The position numbers and the translations under genes were made by a program. Under the pieces are notes generated by a model, which had not been told where the DNA came from, made no database searches, and saw nothing but the letters and a program-made list of their open reading frames with translations. This document shows positions 1 to 10,245 of a DNA stretch of 64,000 nt, in pieces. The stretch comes from Neoechinorhynchus agilis (lineage: Eukaryota; Animalia; Acanthocephala), in NCBI GenBank assembly GCA_051530055.1, contig CM121341.1:18206784-18270783 (forward strand), read 5' to 3'. How positions within the stretch are numbered: position 1 is the first letter of the stretch; each line of letters begins with the position of its first letter.

Positions 1-590
1 CTTATATTTACAGAAAAATGTTATCAATACTCGCATCTTGATTAAGGATAAGAACAAGGGGGGACTACACACATGCATTTTAAAACGTCGAGTTTATATA
101 TACAGGAAAATGTTAGTAATCCTTTGGTGCTTGTCTTTTCGGTATATGTGCTAAATATCTTAACCAAGTGAGTTATTCAACTTCATTCATGTTTTTGTGG
201 TTATTTACGAAACGAAAATAGAACTTATAAGAAGTTGCGACTTTTCTACTAATTAACTGATTTTAAAAGAAATTCTGAATTGAGATCACATTCAGCATAC
301 TTTTTCTTTGAAAATGCAATATTGTAGCCTATCTAAAGAGAACATGATTATTGGATCGATCCAACGCGGCAATGCCGCGGCCATCAAGGAAGCTGCCGAA
401 CAAACCTAACATTTGAAGAAAACGAAACTATGTTCATTCATAGAATTTTGATTGGAACTTAGTTATTTATTGGATTTTAAAGGATAACAATTAATCGTAA
501 TATGCGCACTATGCTGAGCTTCTCTCTTCATTTCATTTAATTCTATCCAATTGTTCCTTTCAGTGGATGTGTATTCTCAATGGCGTATTG

Positions 591-777
591 TAACACACTC
601 GAGTTTTATTGAGGTCAACCTTGCGAATTTTCAAAGCCTCGGCCTCCTTCTCAAGCATTGTTTGCAAGTTTTTTTCTTTTTTTCAGTTTTTTCGGTTAAA
701 AACTTGCAAAGAGTGCTTGAGGAGGAAGCTGAGTTGATAATTCGCAGGGTTGACTTCAATAAAACTCGAGTGTGTTA
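591..777. mobile_element. MITE/foldback element with ~78-bp imperfect inverted arms
   Basis: 591-669 (taacacactcgagttttattgaggtcaacc...ttgcaagtt) is the imperfect reverse complement of 701-777 (aacttgcaa...ctcgagtgtgtta); both ends are TA; T-rich ~30-nt spacer. Confidence 0.75.
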
Positions 778-1180
778 GAATTCGCTATTGAGAATTTCAT
801 TTAATGTAAAATTCTGGAACCATAATTGAGAAAATCAAACAAGGCTAATGGTCACAATTCAAACGTGTTGGGATATTGGAATGTTTGAAAAAATCATCTA
901 CATTTTAATGTTTATGAGGAATTGCGAGAAGGGTAATATAATCACGTTTTTGTCCCATAGGAAGACGTTTATGCTAAAAAATTGAATCGCTCCTGTATAA
1001 AGCTGGATATAACATAGTTCTCCATTGGTTCGGTTAATAAATTCTGTTAAGTTTAATATCAAAGATATTTGGCTATTTCTTCTCACCCCCATGCGAAAGG
1101 CGCGTTGCGCTGCTTCCAATCAAATGTTTTTTAAATTAAAAATATAATCACTTCATTGACAGCGCTCATTATATGGCTGT

Positions 1181-1501
1181 CTATTTCGTTGAATCCATAA
1201 GATAAGCAATTAGGTCCTTACGTTCCTTTTCCTTCTTCAACCCCACAAATACCATTTTTGTACCGGGAATATACTTTTTCGGATTTATCAGATATTCATT
1301 AAGTGTCTCTGCTGTCCACACAATCCCTTTATTCTTATTGGCTGGCGTATAATCATATCCTTCAGCCATTCCAGTGCTTCTACCAATAAATCCATGAAGA
1401 TTAGGGCCGACTTTATGGGGCTTTCCTTTCTCGACGGTATGGCATTGACTGCACGACCTGACGAAAATTTTCTTGCCTCGCTCAATTTGTTCCTGGCTCA
1501 T
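1181..1501 (-). CDS. CYCS: Cytochrome c, intronless
   Basis: CSQCH haem motif, [17 protein letters not shown]; the first true ATG is at 1501 (MSQEQ), whereas the ORF track starts at an upstream TTG. Confidence 0.97.
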   Translation of the reverse strand: MSQEQIERGKKIFVRSCSQCHTVEKGKPHKVGPNLHGFIGRSTGMAEGYDYTPANKNKGIVWTAETLNEYLINPKKYIPGTKMVFVGLKKEKERKDLIAYLMDSTK

Positions 1502-1859
1502 CTTCAAAGCAATAAACAAGGATGCCTTAGTTATAGGGGGGAAATTGCACGTCTTTCGTCTCGTGTATTCGTGAAATGCTCTTAGTTATTCTGACAACAT
1601 AGATGATTCAATGATGATTGGTTTGACTGGCGACAAATCATTCGTGCGAACATTTCCTAAACGCTGCTTGATTCCAGTAAATTTGCTAAAAAGGATCTTA
1701 CAAAATTCATTATCGAATCTTTTATTTACTCTCTTTTTCTTGACTGATTTTGTCATTTTTTAAAAAGGAATGTGATTTTGCAGTCGATTAGTATGAAGGA
1801 TGCGATTTGTTTTCAAAAACTTTCTTTTTTGTATCGCTTTTCTTTCTTTACCAAGGATT

Positions 1860-2080
1860 GCTCGCACGTACACCATATCAATTCCGTACAGTGTCCTTCC
1901 TATTGTGGTTGGATAATGTGATCCTATTTATCCATCTAAACATTATCGACTCCATAACGGCGGGGCGTTGCTCGTTACGCTTGGTTATTGGCCAGCATTC
2001 GGTTCCATAAAGAGCCACCTGACGAAAAAATCCTTTTTGTCTGTGCTCACGTCTTTTTAGGGTGGTTGTCTCCTCCATAA
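1860..2080 (-). mobile_element. RTE-clade LINE 3' fragment (degenerate)
   Basis: VALYGTECWPIT...ESIMFRWINRITLSNH resembles the RTE C-terminal LYGxExW / EMxxLR motifs. Confidence 0.6.
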
Positions 2081-2559
2081 TAGCAGATACAAACGCTTTA
2101 CTTCACAACTTCCTTTTCGAATCTACCCACATCAAAACTATCGTAATCAATCATTAAAACTCAACGATTCAAATAAAACATCACCATCATCGCTGAGCAC
2201 TCCTTATGTTTTAAGTGGAACACTTTATGGATTTCACTTTGGATATACCTCTTAAAAATTAGCTCCTCGGTTTGTAAAGCTGCCCTTCCAACTTCTTGAT
2301 GAGGTGTAAAGGTAGGATCACTAGATCTCTCATCTTATCTTCCAAGTCTTCTGCTCCTGTTCGAATATTATCATTGAAAAATTTGCTCCATTCACTCGCT
2401 CCTCTCAATTCTCCGCAAACCATTTTAAATTCGTTCAATTTCCTTTCATTAGCGTTTTTCCCTACATATAACTTTCCGTTAATTTGTGTATCTGCGAACC
2501 ATACATCCTGTGTACTTTCTTCGTCAAATCCATATACGACGCGTCTGCCAAAGCTTATA

Positions 2560-3383
2560 TATACACGTTTTATTAATTTAAGAAAAGCACGATCCACACA
2601 CTTGCCAGCATCTATCTTTGCTAAACGGTGTCTGGATGACGGATGTTAAAGGCAAAGGAGGTGGGACTGGTTTTTGAAGTGGTGTTAATGTGCGATCGTA
2701 GCCTTTGTACAGGAGGTGACCGATTGGGAGTCTTTCATTGTTCTCCGGTTGTTAAGGAAAGATTGGGCTTGGGGGAGGAAAGATTTTTGGTAGAGGGTGG
2801 TACGAGCGAGGGGGGGTGAAAAAGGTTGGGGTTCCAGGTGTTTACGAGGGAAGAATATTTAGAGATGAGGGACGAAAATTGTGGAGGGGTTTTTGGAGAA
2901 AATGGGGTGGAGATGGGCGTCGAGGGGAGGGAGTGAAGTCCCGCATATTCTCGCTGCTCTCTTGTGGAAGGTTTCGAAGGAATGGAGAGCATTGGCGGAA
3001 AGGGCGAGGAAAGTGTGGAAGGCGTATGTATGTAAGGATAGGAAGGATGGCAGAAAGATAAAAGTGGGCAAGTTGTTTAGGGGATACGCCGAGACGCCGG
3101 AGGAGTTTGAGCAGGTAAAGACGAGGATTTGCTTTAGCGAGTGTAAATGAAATGTGGGCAGCCCATTTAAGGTTCTCTTGTAAAATCAGGATCAGTATTC
3201 GGAGAGAAGAGGAGCGTTGGATGGGGAGAGGGAGAGGCACGGGAATAAGATTGCGTTTGGAAATGTGGGGGGACAAGCTCAAAAAATTTGGATAAATTTA
3301 GGGAGATTTTTAGGGTGGAGAGCGAATAAATGAGATGGTTGAGCTCGTCCATGGTCGTGGAGAGGGAGAGGGAGGGAGATGCG
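2560..3383 (-). mobile_element. CR1/L2-like LINE, 5'-truncated copy
   Basis: LRILxLILQENLKWAAHISFTLAKANPRLYLLKLLRR (RT thumb region); the 3' UTR (cttgccagcatctatctttgctaaacgg, AATAAA) is shared with the copies at 46377-47750 and 60065-62200. Confidence 0.85.
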
Positions 3384-3384
3384 A

Positions 3385-6300
3385 TGTGTGATAAAAGTGG
3401 TCATCCGTAATCGATCGTAAATGCGTGCATACGGTCGATTACATTATCGATAGGTTTAGTACCTGTTTGCACAGTTTAATTGTCGTTAATTATTCGAACG
3501 TTGTTTTTTTGTTTAATAAAACTCTCCAAGTGCAGTACAATTTATTTAAAAAAAAGCTGTACAACAAGAAGCAAAGACATTCATGTCGAGTACGCTCGAG
3601 ACAACCATGCTTAAAGTTACCGATAATCTATTGAAACCCGATAGATTACCCACAGTACCAAGCGATAGCAACTCTCATGAAATATTCGAACACTGGTTTA
3701 CGACTTTTGAGAATTATATCGAAGATCTTGAAACTGATGACAAAGGAAAATTGATTCGTTTGATAAACTGCGTTGGATCGAGGGTGTATGCTCAAATCAA
3801 ATCTTGCAAAACATATGAAGAGGCAACAAGCTGTTTAAAAAAAGCATACTGCAGAATCACAAATGTCGTTGCAGCGAGGTATCGACTAATAACTCGACGA
3901 TAGGCTGAATCAGAGTCCATAAGGGATTACGTGACCGAACTTAGATTATTAGGTAATAATTGACAGTTTAAGAACATAACCGCCGATGAGGCAAAGGAGG
4001 AAGCAATAAGGGAGTCATTAATTGCTGGGCTATGCTCCGACAAAATGAGACAAAAGCTGCTCGAAAAAGCGAATATATTCTTAGAGAAAGCGATTCAGCA
4101 GGCATATATTATGGAACAAGCTGAAGCCGATTGCCGCTATTTCAATACCAATCAATACAATTACATCGGAAAAAATGAAACCAACCATTGCAGTCGTATT
4201 CAAAACAAAATTACAGAATCACTAAACAACCATCAAACCAAAGCTCCTGAATGTCTAGCAGTCAATTACAACAAACAAGCGTGTTTTTCTGTGGGAATAG
4301 ACGCCATCCCAGATCAATATGCCCTGCAAAAGATTCCAAATGTAACAAATGCCAGAAGATTTGCCATTGCTCAAGAGTATGTAGGTTCATGTCAAAGATA
4401 GCCGCAATCTCGTTACTAGCAATTCAAAATGATTCTCGTCGAACTTCGCAAACAATCACAATAAATAACAAAGACAATTTGTCTGTTCTGTTCGATACTG
4501 GAAGTTCTCAGAGCTTCATCGATGATCAGCTCGCAAAGCAACTAAATCCCAAAATGATATGCAGACAAACGCAGGTAAGATTAGCTTCTGGGGATATAGA
4601 ACGGAGCACGACCGGAATAACCCGCTCCGACATTAAATACAAAGGGACTATCTATGAAAATGTCGAACTGTATGCGCTTAAAAATTTATGCACCGATATA
4701 ATTTTGGGAAGATCATTTATGAATAAGTTCAAGGAAGTAAAATTCCTTTTTGATGGAGATGGATCTCTTGAATGCATGGCAATGGATGAAGAGATGACTC
4801 CTCGTCTTTCTGCAAATCTCAATCAGGGTTGTCGACCAAAACGTATGTTATCGGAAGGAATAATTACCCATAGTCAGTCTCCTTAACGGGCGCAGGTATT
4901 GATTTTTCGAAGTAACACAAGTAAGCCTCGAATGGTGATTGATTATGCATCGACAATCAACAAATATACTGAACTAGATGCATACCCTCTTCCAAAAATC
5001 GACGATCTAGATCGAGAAGCAGCACAATATAAATATTTTACGGCCATCGATCTTCGACATGCATACCATTAAATACCAATCAACAGGCTGGATAGGATCT
5101 TCACAGCTTTGGAAGCGAATGGTGGTCTTTATGAATTTACCCGGATTCCATTTGGTATCACTAACGGCGTAGCGGTTTTTCAGAGAATAATGAATTCGAT
5201 CATTGATAAAAACAAGCTGAAAGGTACCTATGCATATTTGGACAATATCACAATTTGTGGATCTACAATTGAAGAGCACGATGCAAATTTAAACAATTTT
5301 AAAAAAATCGCAGAAGATCTTGGTTTGACATTCAATGATAAAAAATACATTTTCAGGACTAATCAGATAGCAATGCTGGGATACCTAATTTCTTACCAGA
5401 GTATAAAGCCGGATCCTGAAAGGATAGAGAGTCTTTTGGCATTAAAACCACCAACAGATAAGACTAGTTTGAAACGTTGCATGGGAATATTTTCGTACTA
5501 TTCCAATTGGATATCTGACCTTTCAACCAAAATCAACCCGATCATTCGTACCACGGAATTCCCGTTGAATCAAGAATCATTAGAAGCTTTTGAATCTTTC
5601 AAGCAGGAAATCGGGAATGCTGCTCTGAGCTGTCTGAATCCGACTGGACAATTAGTCTTAGAAACCAATGTTTCGGACGTTGCCATCGCTGCTACCCATA
5701 GTCAAAACGGGAAACCTAGCGTTTTGCGATCAAACATAAACAGCGGTGACGCAATTGACCAAAAACGAATATGAGGAAATCAGACGATGGATATAGCGAC
5801 GGATCAGATTCACCTCCCAGCCCTATACCTCCAAGAAGGCTCAGGACGATCTCAGCACCGGATAGCTTTGGCCGAAATTCCAAATTACGTCACAATGTGT
5901 TCAAATCGCCTACAATCGACGCTGCTGACGCAGATAATTTGAACGCGCCACTTATTCATCATGATCAACCTGAGAAGACGAACGCTGCCGGGCTCCCACG
6001 CGTCTCTACTGGTTTGCGTCCGGTTTGCGGTAGGTCTTTTAAATTAACCAATCTGGGGGTTTTGTTTGTCCATGGTCCCTGAGATCTCCGCTGTAGTGGG
6101 TCTGGTTCTTCACCACAATTAACCGAGCCTTTCGTGCCTGAGACCCCTCAGATCACCACTGATTCTATTTCGATACCTGATATCGTGCGGTTTCTGCCCA
6201 GGAACGTCCGGGGTAGAGACGTATGGAGCGCTCGGCAGCTCGGCACTCTCTCTGCTCCAGGATCTCTCAAAGAAATTGAGAGAGGCAACCGGAGACTCAA

Positions 6301-6497
6301 GAGCAGGCGTATTCCTTCGACAAAATATCTCGCTGGCAGTACAACGGGGCAATGCTGCCAGCGTGATGGCGACGGTCGAGGAAGGGCAAAAGCTGGAATT
6401 TGGCGGGAGGTGGTGAGTGTGCTTCAAACAGATTGTTTGAACCTTCAAAATAAACGGATTTTTGTTAAAAAAAATAAAACTCTCCAAGTGCAATACA
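3385..6497 (+). mobile_element. Ty3/Gypsy LTR retrotransposon, internally deleted and frameshifted
   Basis: Gag-like ORFs 3583-4400; protease LFDTGS (4251-4886); RT with DAYPLP, GLYEFTRIPFG and YLDN; start of RNase H; integrase largely missing. The LTR end aataaaactctccaagtgca(g/a)taca occurs at ~3515-3539 and ~6474-6497. Confidence 0.9.
6200..6475 (+). mobile_element. CRE-like (REL endonuclease) non-LTR 3' fragment inserted in the Gypsy 3' LTR
   Basis: One frame reads VETYGALGSSALSLL...RQNISLAVQRGNAASV, followed by AATAAA and an A-run. Confidence 0.75.
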
Positions 6498-6519
6498 GGT
6501 GGATAGGAATTCCCAGGCT

Positions 6520-8090
6520 ATATAATGAAATAGTAATAGGCGGCATAATTTTGATACAGGAAACAAAGTCGATTTCGAATAAGATCTTCCTTCCAACTTC
6601 CAGGAACCTATCCAATGATTTCTGTTTCTTGATAGCGGCGCTTCTTCCAAATCATTCACAGGGCCTTTTATCGATCATTAGACGCAGTTTGCTCCCGTCG
6701 CGGGTATCCGAATACTCTTCTACGGACCTCTCATACGACATTTTTTCCATTTTTATTAGAGGGAGGAAGTTTCTCTTAGCTAACGTATATATACGCCCGG
6801 GTAAAGTCCATTTAGTTCACAATAAAATTATCTTGCGTAACATAATGGAATCCGGAATGGACATTTTTGTTCGGGGACTATAATGATTCGTCTCATAAAT
6901 GGTTTAAGTCAATCACTCGATCGGCACGCTCTTATTCGATTATCATCCCACCTTACCCAACTTTTACGGCTCATTCATCCATGTCCTACTTGGACCTTTG
7001 TTGTTGGAAAAACTCTTGCCAATTGGCAGGGGGCACGATTTGATCGTGTGGAATTTCGATAGAAATATTCTTCTAAATAAGAAATTTAAATTGTCTTCCC
7101 TAAACATAAGCCTTTTTAACGCTTCGACTGTTTTTTTAAGCCACAATCGATTATCTTCACTTGGAGATATCAACGTATTCCTCGCCCAATACAGTATTGG
7201 TTTTCTTACCGCGGCTAATCGATCGTTACCATCTCAAGCTAAGCCCAAATTGCTTTCCCAGGGTGTGGCGATAATGCATCTGTAAAGTTCTGGAGCTCCG
7301 TATATTGGCTTTGTCGGGGGCGCCACCAACTTTGCCTGGACAAGTTGAAATTGGTTTCTGGAGGAGAGTGGTTTCGCGCAAAACATTTCGTTCTTGGCAT
7401 TCAGCAGCTGATGGAAGATGAATTAAAAACCTCGGTATTGACAACGTCCTCAAGACAATGTTTGAATTTCACTCCGAAGGATATCGTTCCTCCCGTTCGA
7501 TGACGCTTTTATGCCAATCGTCCACAGGAGGTTTGATTTAAAACAGACGGATATTTCAAACTCGTAGATTTCGAACAATCTATCGTCTCACAACGGTTTT
7601 TTCTTTGCCATTTAAAGCAACTAATGTCCTTAATGTACCAAATGTAGGGCTCCTTTCTCAATTCTTGATTTCCGCTTCCCCCGAGGAATGGGCCCAGATT
7701 AACATGGCTAAACGTATTTTTCTTCTGAAAAATAAACGCAAAGTCATTACTTCAATTGATCAAGTCAGGCCCATTTCAGTTCAAAACTCCTTGGTGAACA
7801 TTCATGAGCGGGCTTTAGCGAAGCTCATTCTACGTTTCGCTATGGAACATGGCTGCATCGATAACCACTGCCATGGTTTTTACCCGGGAAATCTGTGCAC
7901 ACAGCAATAAGAGAAATAATTAGCAGTTTTTCTAACGATGTCCGGTCTATGAATATATTAATATCCTTTGATATCAAGAAAGCATTTGACAGAGTCAACT
8001 TAGAATTTGTCGTGATAATCTTACGCTTTTTTAATTTTCCATATAATATTATTGCACACGTCAATAACACATTGAGGTCGGCGATGATCC
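6520..8090 (+). mobile_element. Degenerate APE-RT LINE (L1/Tx1-like)
   Basis: LIQETK and LANVY (APE); RPISVQNSLVNIHERAL, GFYPG and ISFDIKKAFDRV (RT); many stops and frameshifts. Confidence 0.7.
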
Positions 8091-8104
8091 AACTGAAACA
8101 TTTT

Positions 8105-8725
8105 TTATCCATATCATTTGTTGCATTTGTCAGCTGATTTTCTCGACCGCGTGGTATATACTTCCATTGATGTGCATTAGCAATTTCGGCGGCCGGAGGA
8201 ACTTTGTTTTTACATCAGAGAAGTGATGCCACCACTTTAACTCGGATTTTCTCCCTTCAGCGGTATTTCGTCCCCTTTGGTTGTATGTCATTGGCGATCA
8301 TGGATTCGAACCCTTTGACCCTGAAACAGGAATCCGGGGCACGAGTATACTAGACCACCTCTACACAACTACGAAATGTACAAACCCAGCAGACGAAATC
8401 GGTTTGCTCAACCGCATGTCTTTATCATTTGTTGCATTTGTCAGCTGATTTTCTCGACCGCGTGTTATATTTCTATTGCTGTGCATTAGCAATTTCGGAG
8501 GTCGGAGGAACTTTGTTTTTACATCAGAGAAGTGATGTTACCTCTTTAACTCGGATGAAACGTTAAGAGTTCGTACATCTCCCCGGATCCTCAGATACCC
8601 CCAGAAGGCGGGACTCATCAGTGAGTTTCCTCTCTTCAGCGGTATTTCGTCCCCTTTGGTTGTACGTCATTGGCGATCGTGGATTCGAATCCTTTGGCCC
8701 TGAAACAGGGATCCGGGGCAACTGT
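8105..8725 (-). mobile_element. Two head-to-tail units of a tRNA-headed SINE/retrozyme-like repeat
   Basis: The unit is repeated at ~8105 and ~8422. A box TGGTCTAGT at 8357-8349 and B box GGTTCGAATCC at 8312-8302; second B-box variant at 8691-8681; no T4 on the minus strand across the array. Homologous to 27490-27992 and 22867-22961. Confidence 0.8.
8585..8654 (-). ncRNA. Hammerhead ribozyme, non-circularly permuted strand order
   Basis: Minus strand reads GGGAC-GAAA-TACC...GGA-AA-CTCA-CTGATGA-GTCCC...GGTA-TC-TGAG-GA-TCC. Stems: II GTCCC/GGGAC, III ATACC/GGTAT, I CTCA/TGAG plus GGA/TCC. Predicted AUC cleavage between 8594 and 8593. Confidence 0.75.
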
Positions 8726-8870
8726 TGTCATTTGAATTCGTTGTTTAGAGTCACTTGAATTTGTTTAAAGGTTTGGGATTACAAGGAGTATCATTTTTGC
8801 ATGCAAATGGATAAAATCATTTAGCCATATGCCTCAGTCTGAAGATAAACGGACTTTATTTGAATGCACT

Positions 8871-9473
8871 TTATTTAACGCATTTGGTCTGCCAAAGACC
8901 ATCCCCGACGAAATGAACGAGGTCAATGGCTACACCTTTATTGTAGCTAACGATATCTTCGGGAATCATTCTCATGATGCCAATCGCGAGGGCATGATCA
9001 ACTCCTTCGGCGTGTATAGCGACAACCGTGTTCAACGTTTTGCATTCCATGTTCAATGTACCGCCTGGTGACGTCAGACCGGGACACATGACGTTCGCTC
9101 CAGACATGACAAATCGAATCGCGCCTTTATCCACGACTTGTTGTGGTAAGAGAAACGGATATTGATGCAGTAGACGAAGCGATGGAACGTATGGAGACTG
9201 CCTTTGTTTAAAGAATAGAATGTCACCAAAAGGACCAGCCACAATTTCGACAGATCCAGAGCATTTGAGATGACGGTGAGTTTCTTTTCGAGGTACCACG
9301 AGATCGAGATACGGCACAAAGTACGGATAATCTTCGGCCAGTCGGTGGCGTAGCTTTTTCACATCAGATTGTTTCATTTGTGTCGAATTGGATACATTTT
9401 CCTTCGGAGAAAACTTTTTAAAAAGACCTACCCCAAAAAGTGAACGATCGGTTTCCGCGGCGTTTGACGTCAT
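8871..9473 (-). CDS. MCTS1: MCTS1/Tma20 translation re-initiation factor (PUA domain), intronless
   Basis: FKKF N-terminus, PSLRLLHQYPF, VDKGAIRFVMSGANVMCPGLTSPG, HFVGDGLW. Confidence 0.96.
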   Translation of the reverse strand: MTSNAAETDRSLFGVGLFKKFSPKENVSNSTQMKQSDVKKLRHRLAEDYPYFVPYLDLVVPRKETHRHLKCSGSVEIVAGPFGDILFFKQRQSPYVPSLRLLHQYPFLLPQQVVDKGAIRFVMSGANVMCPGLTSPGGTLNMECKTLNTVVAIHAEGVDHALAIGIMRMIPEDIVSYNKGVAIDLVHFVGDGLWQTKCVK

Positions 9474-10245
9474 TCTCCTTTATGAAAAGATATTTCTAGT
9501 CGTCGAAGTTTTTCAATAAGCACTAAAACACCGAAAGTGTCAAGTTTCATTAGTTTTTCCTTTATAAATGACAATTTTTAATCGGCATTCAATCCGTTGT
9601 GGGGTTTCGTTGTTTTCTGAGATTTTAAAATCATTATTTCTCAGAATGAGTTTAGATCACTTTGGTAAACTTTATATTCTGTTCATTCTGAAGATAAGCA
9701 GAAAAAATAGTAAATTTTATTTTTTTATATGCACTTACTCGATTCTAAATTAATTGTATATCATATTAGTGGAATGCAAGGAAAATGTGATTAAAATTTT
9801 CTTTTTCAACAACCCAGATAATAAATGCGCTTTCGCGAATTTAATCTACGCATGAAGACGTTTTCGTGTTTTTGGCGCACTAAAATTTCAAACCTTTTAA
9901 AATTTCAAATAGATAATTTCGTTTTTGAAAATCCGATTTTCTTCAATCTCGCCTTGGTGACGCTTGTTCCTTGAATATCGTGAGGCCCAAAATTCCTGAA
10001 TTTCAATCGCCGACGTGCTTATTAATTTTTATTCCAGCTGCAAGATCTACGTTTATCTTCTTGATTTACTAATTCATGTAAGTATGAAATGGACATTTTT
10101 ACGTCGTTCAGCACTTTTCTGGGCTAATTAGATGGCTGACGTGCTTCATGTTTAAAAGTTTTACTTTTTCCTACACCATAATTGTTAGTGCAATAAATCC
10201 ATAGAAAGTTTTTCTGTTTTAATAATCGATCCCAATTTTAGACAA

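Noticed and set aside
340-410. IQRGNAAAI motif (CRE-like end)
   Set aside because: Too short and isolated to annotate with confidence.
2259-2560. ORF with faint dsRBD-like pattern (WFADTQINGKLYVG)
   Set aside because: Its start is contributed by a LINE 3' end and the similarity is too weak to call.
8300-8365. Functional tRNA gene
   Set aside because: A and B boxes are present, but no complete cloverleaf or anticodon arm could be built, and the sequence is part of a dispersed repeat.
8393-8450. Second hammerhead on the + strand (GACGAAA at the unit junction)
   Set aside because: No matching CTGANGA strand (only CTGATTT); the region forms just a CGGTT/AACCG hairpin.
9471-9480. Shine-Dalgarno-like AAGGAGA before the MCTS1 ATG
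   Set aside because: The context is clearly eukaryotic (spliceosomal introns, LINEs); treated as chance.
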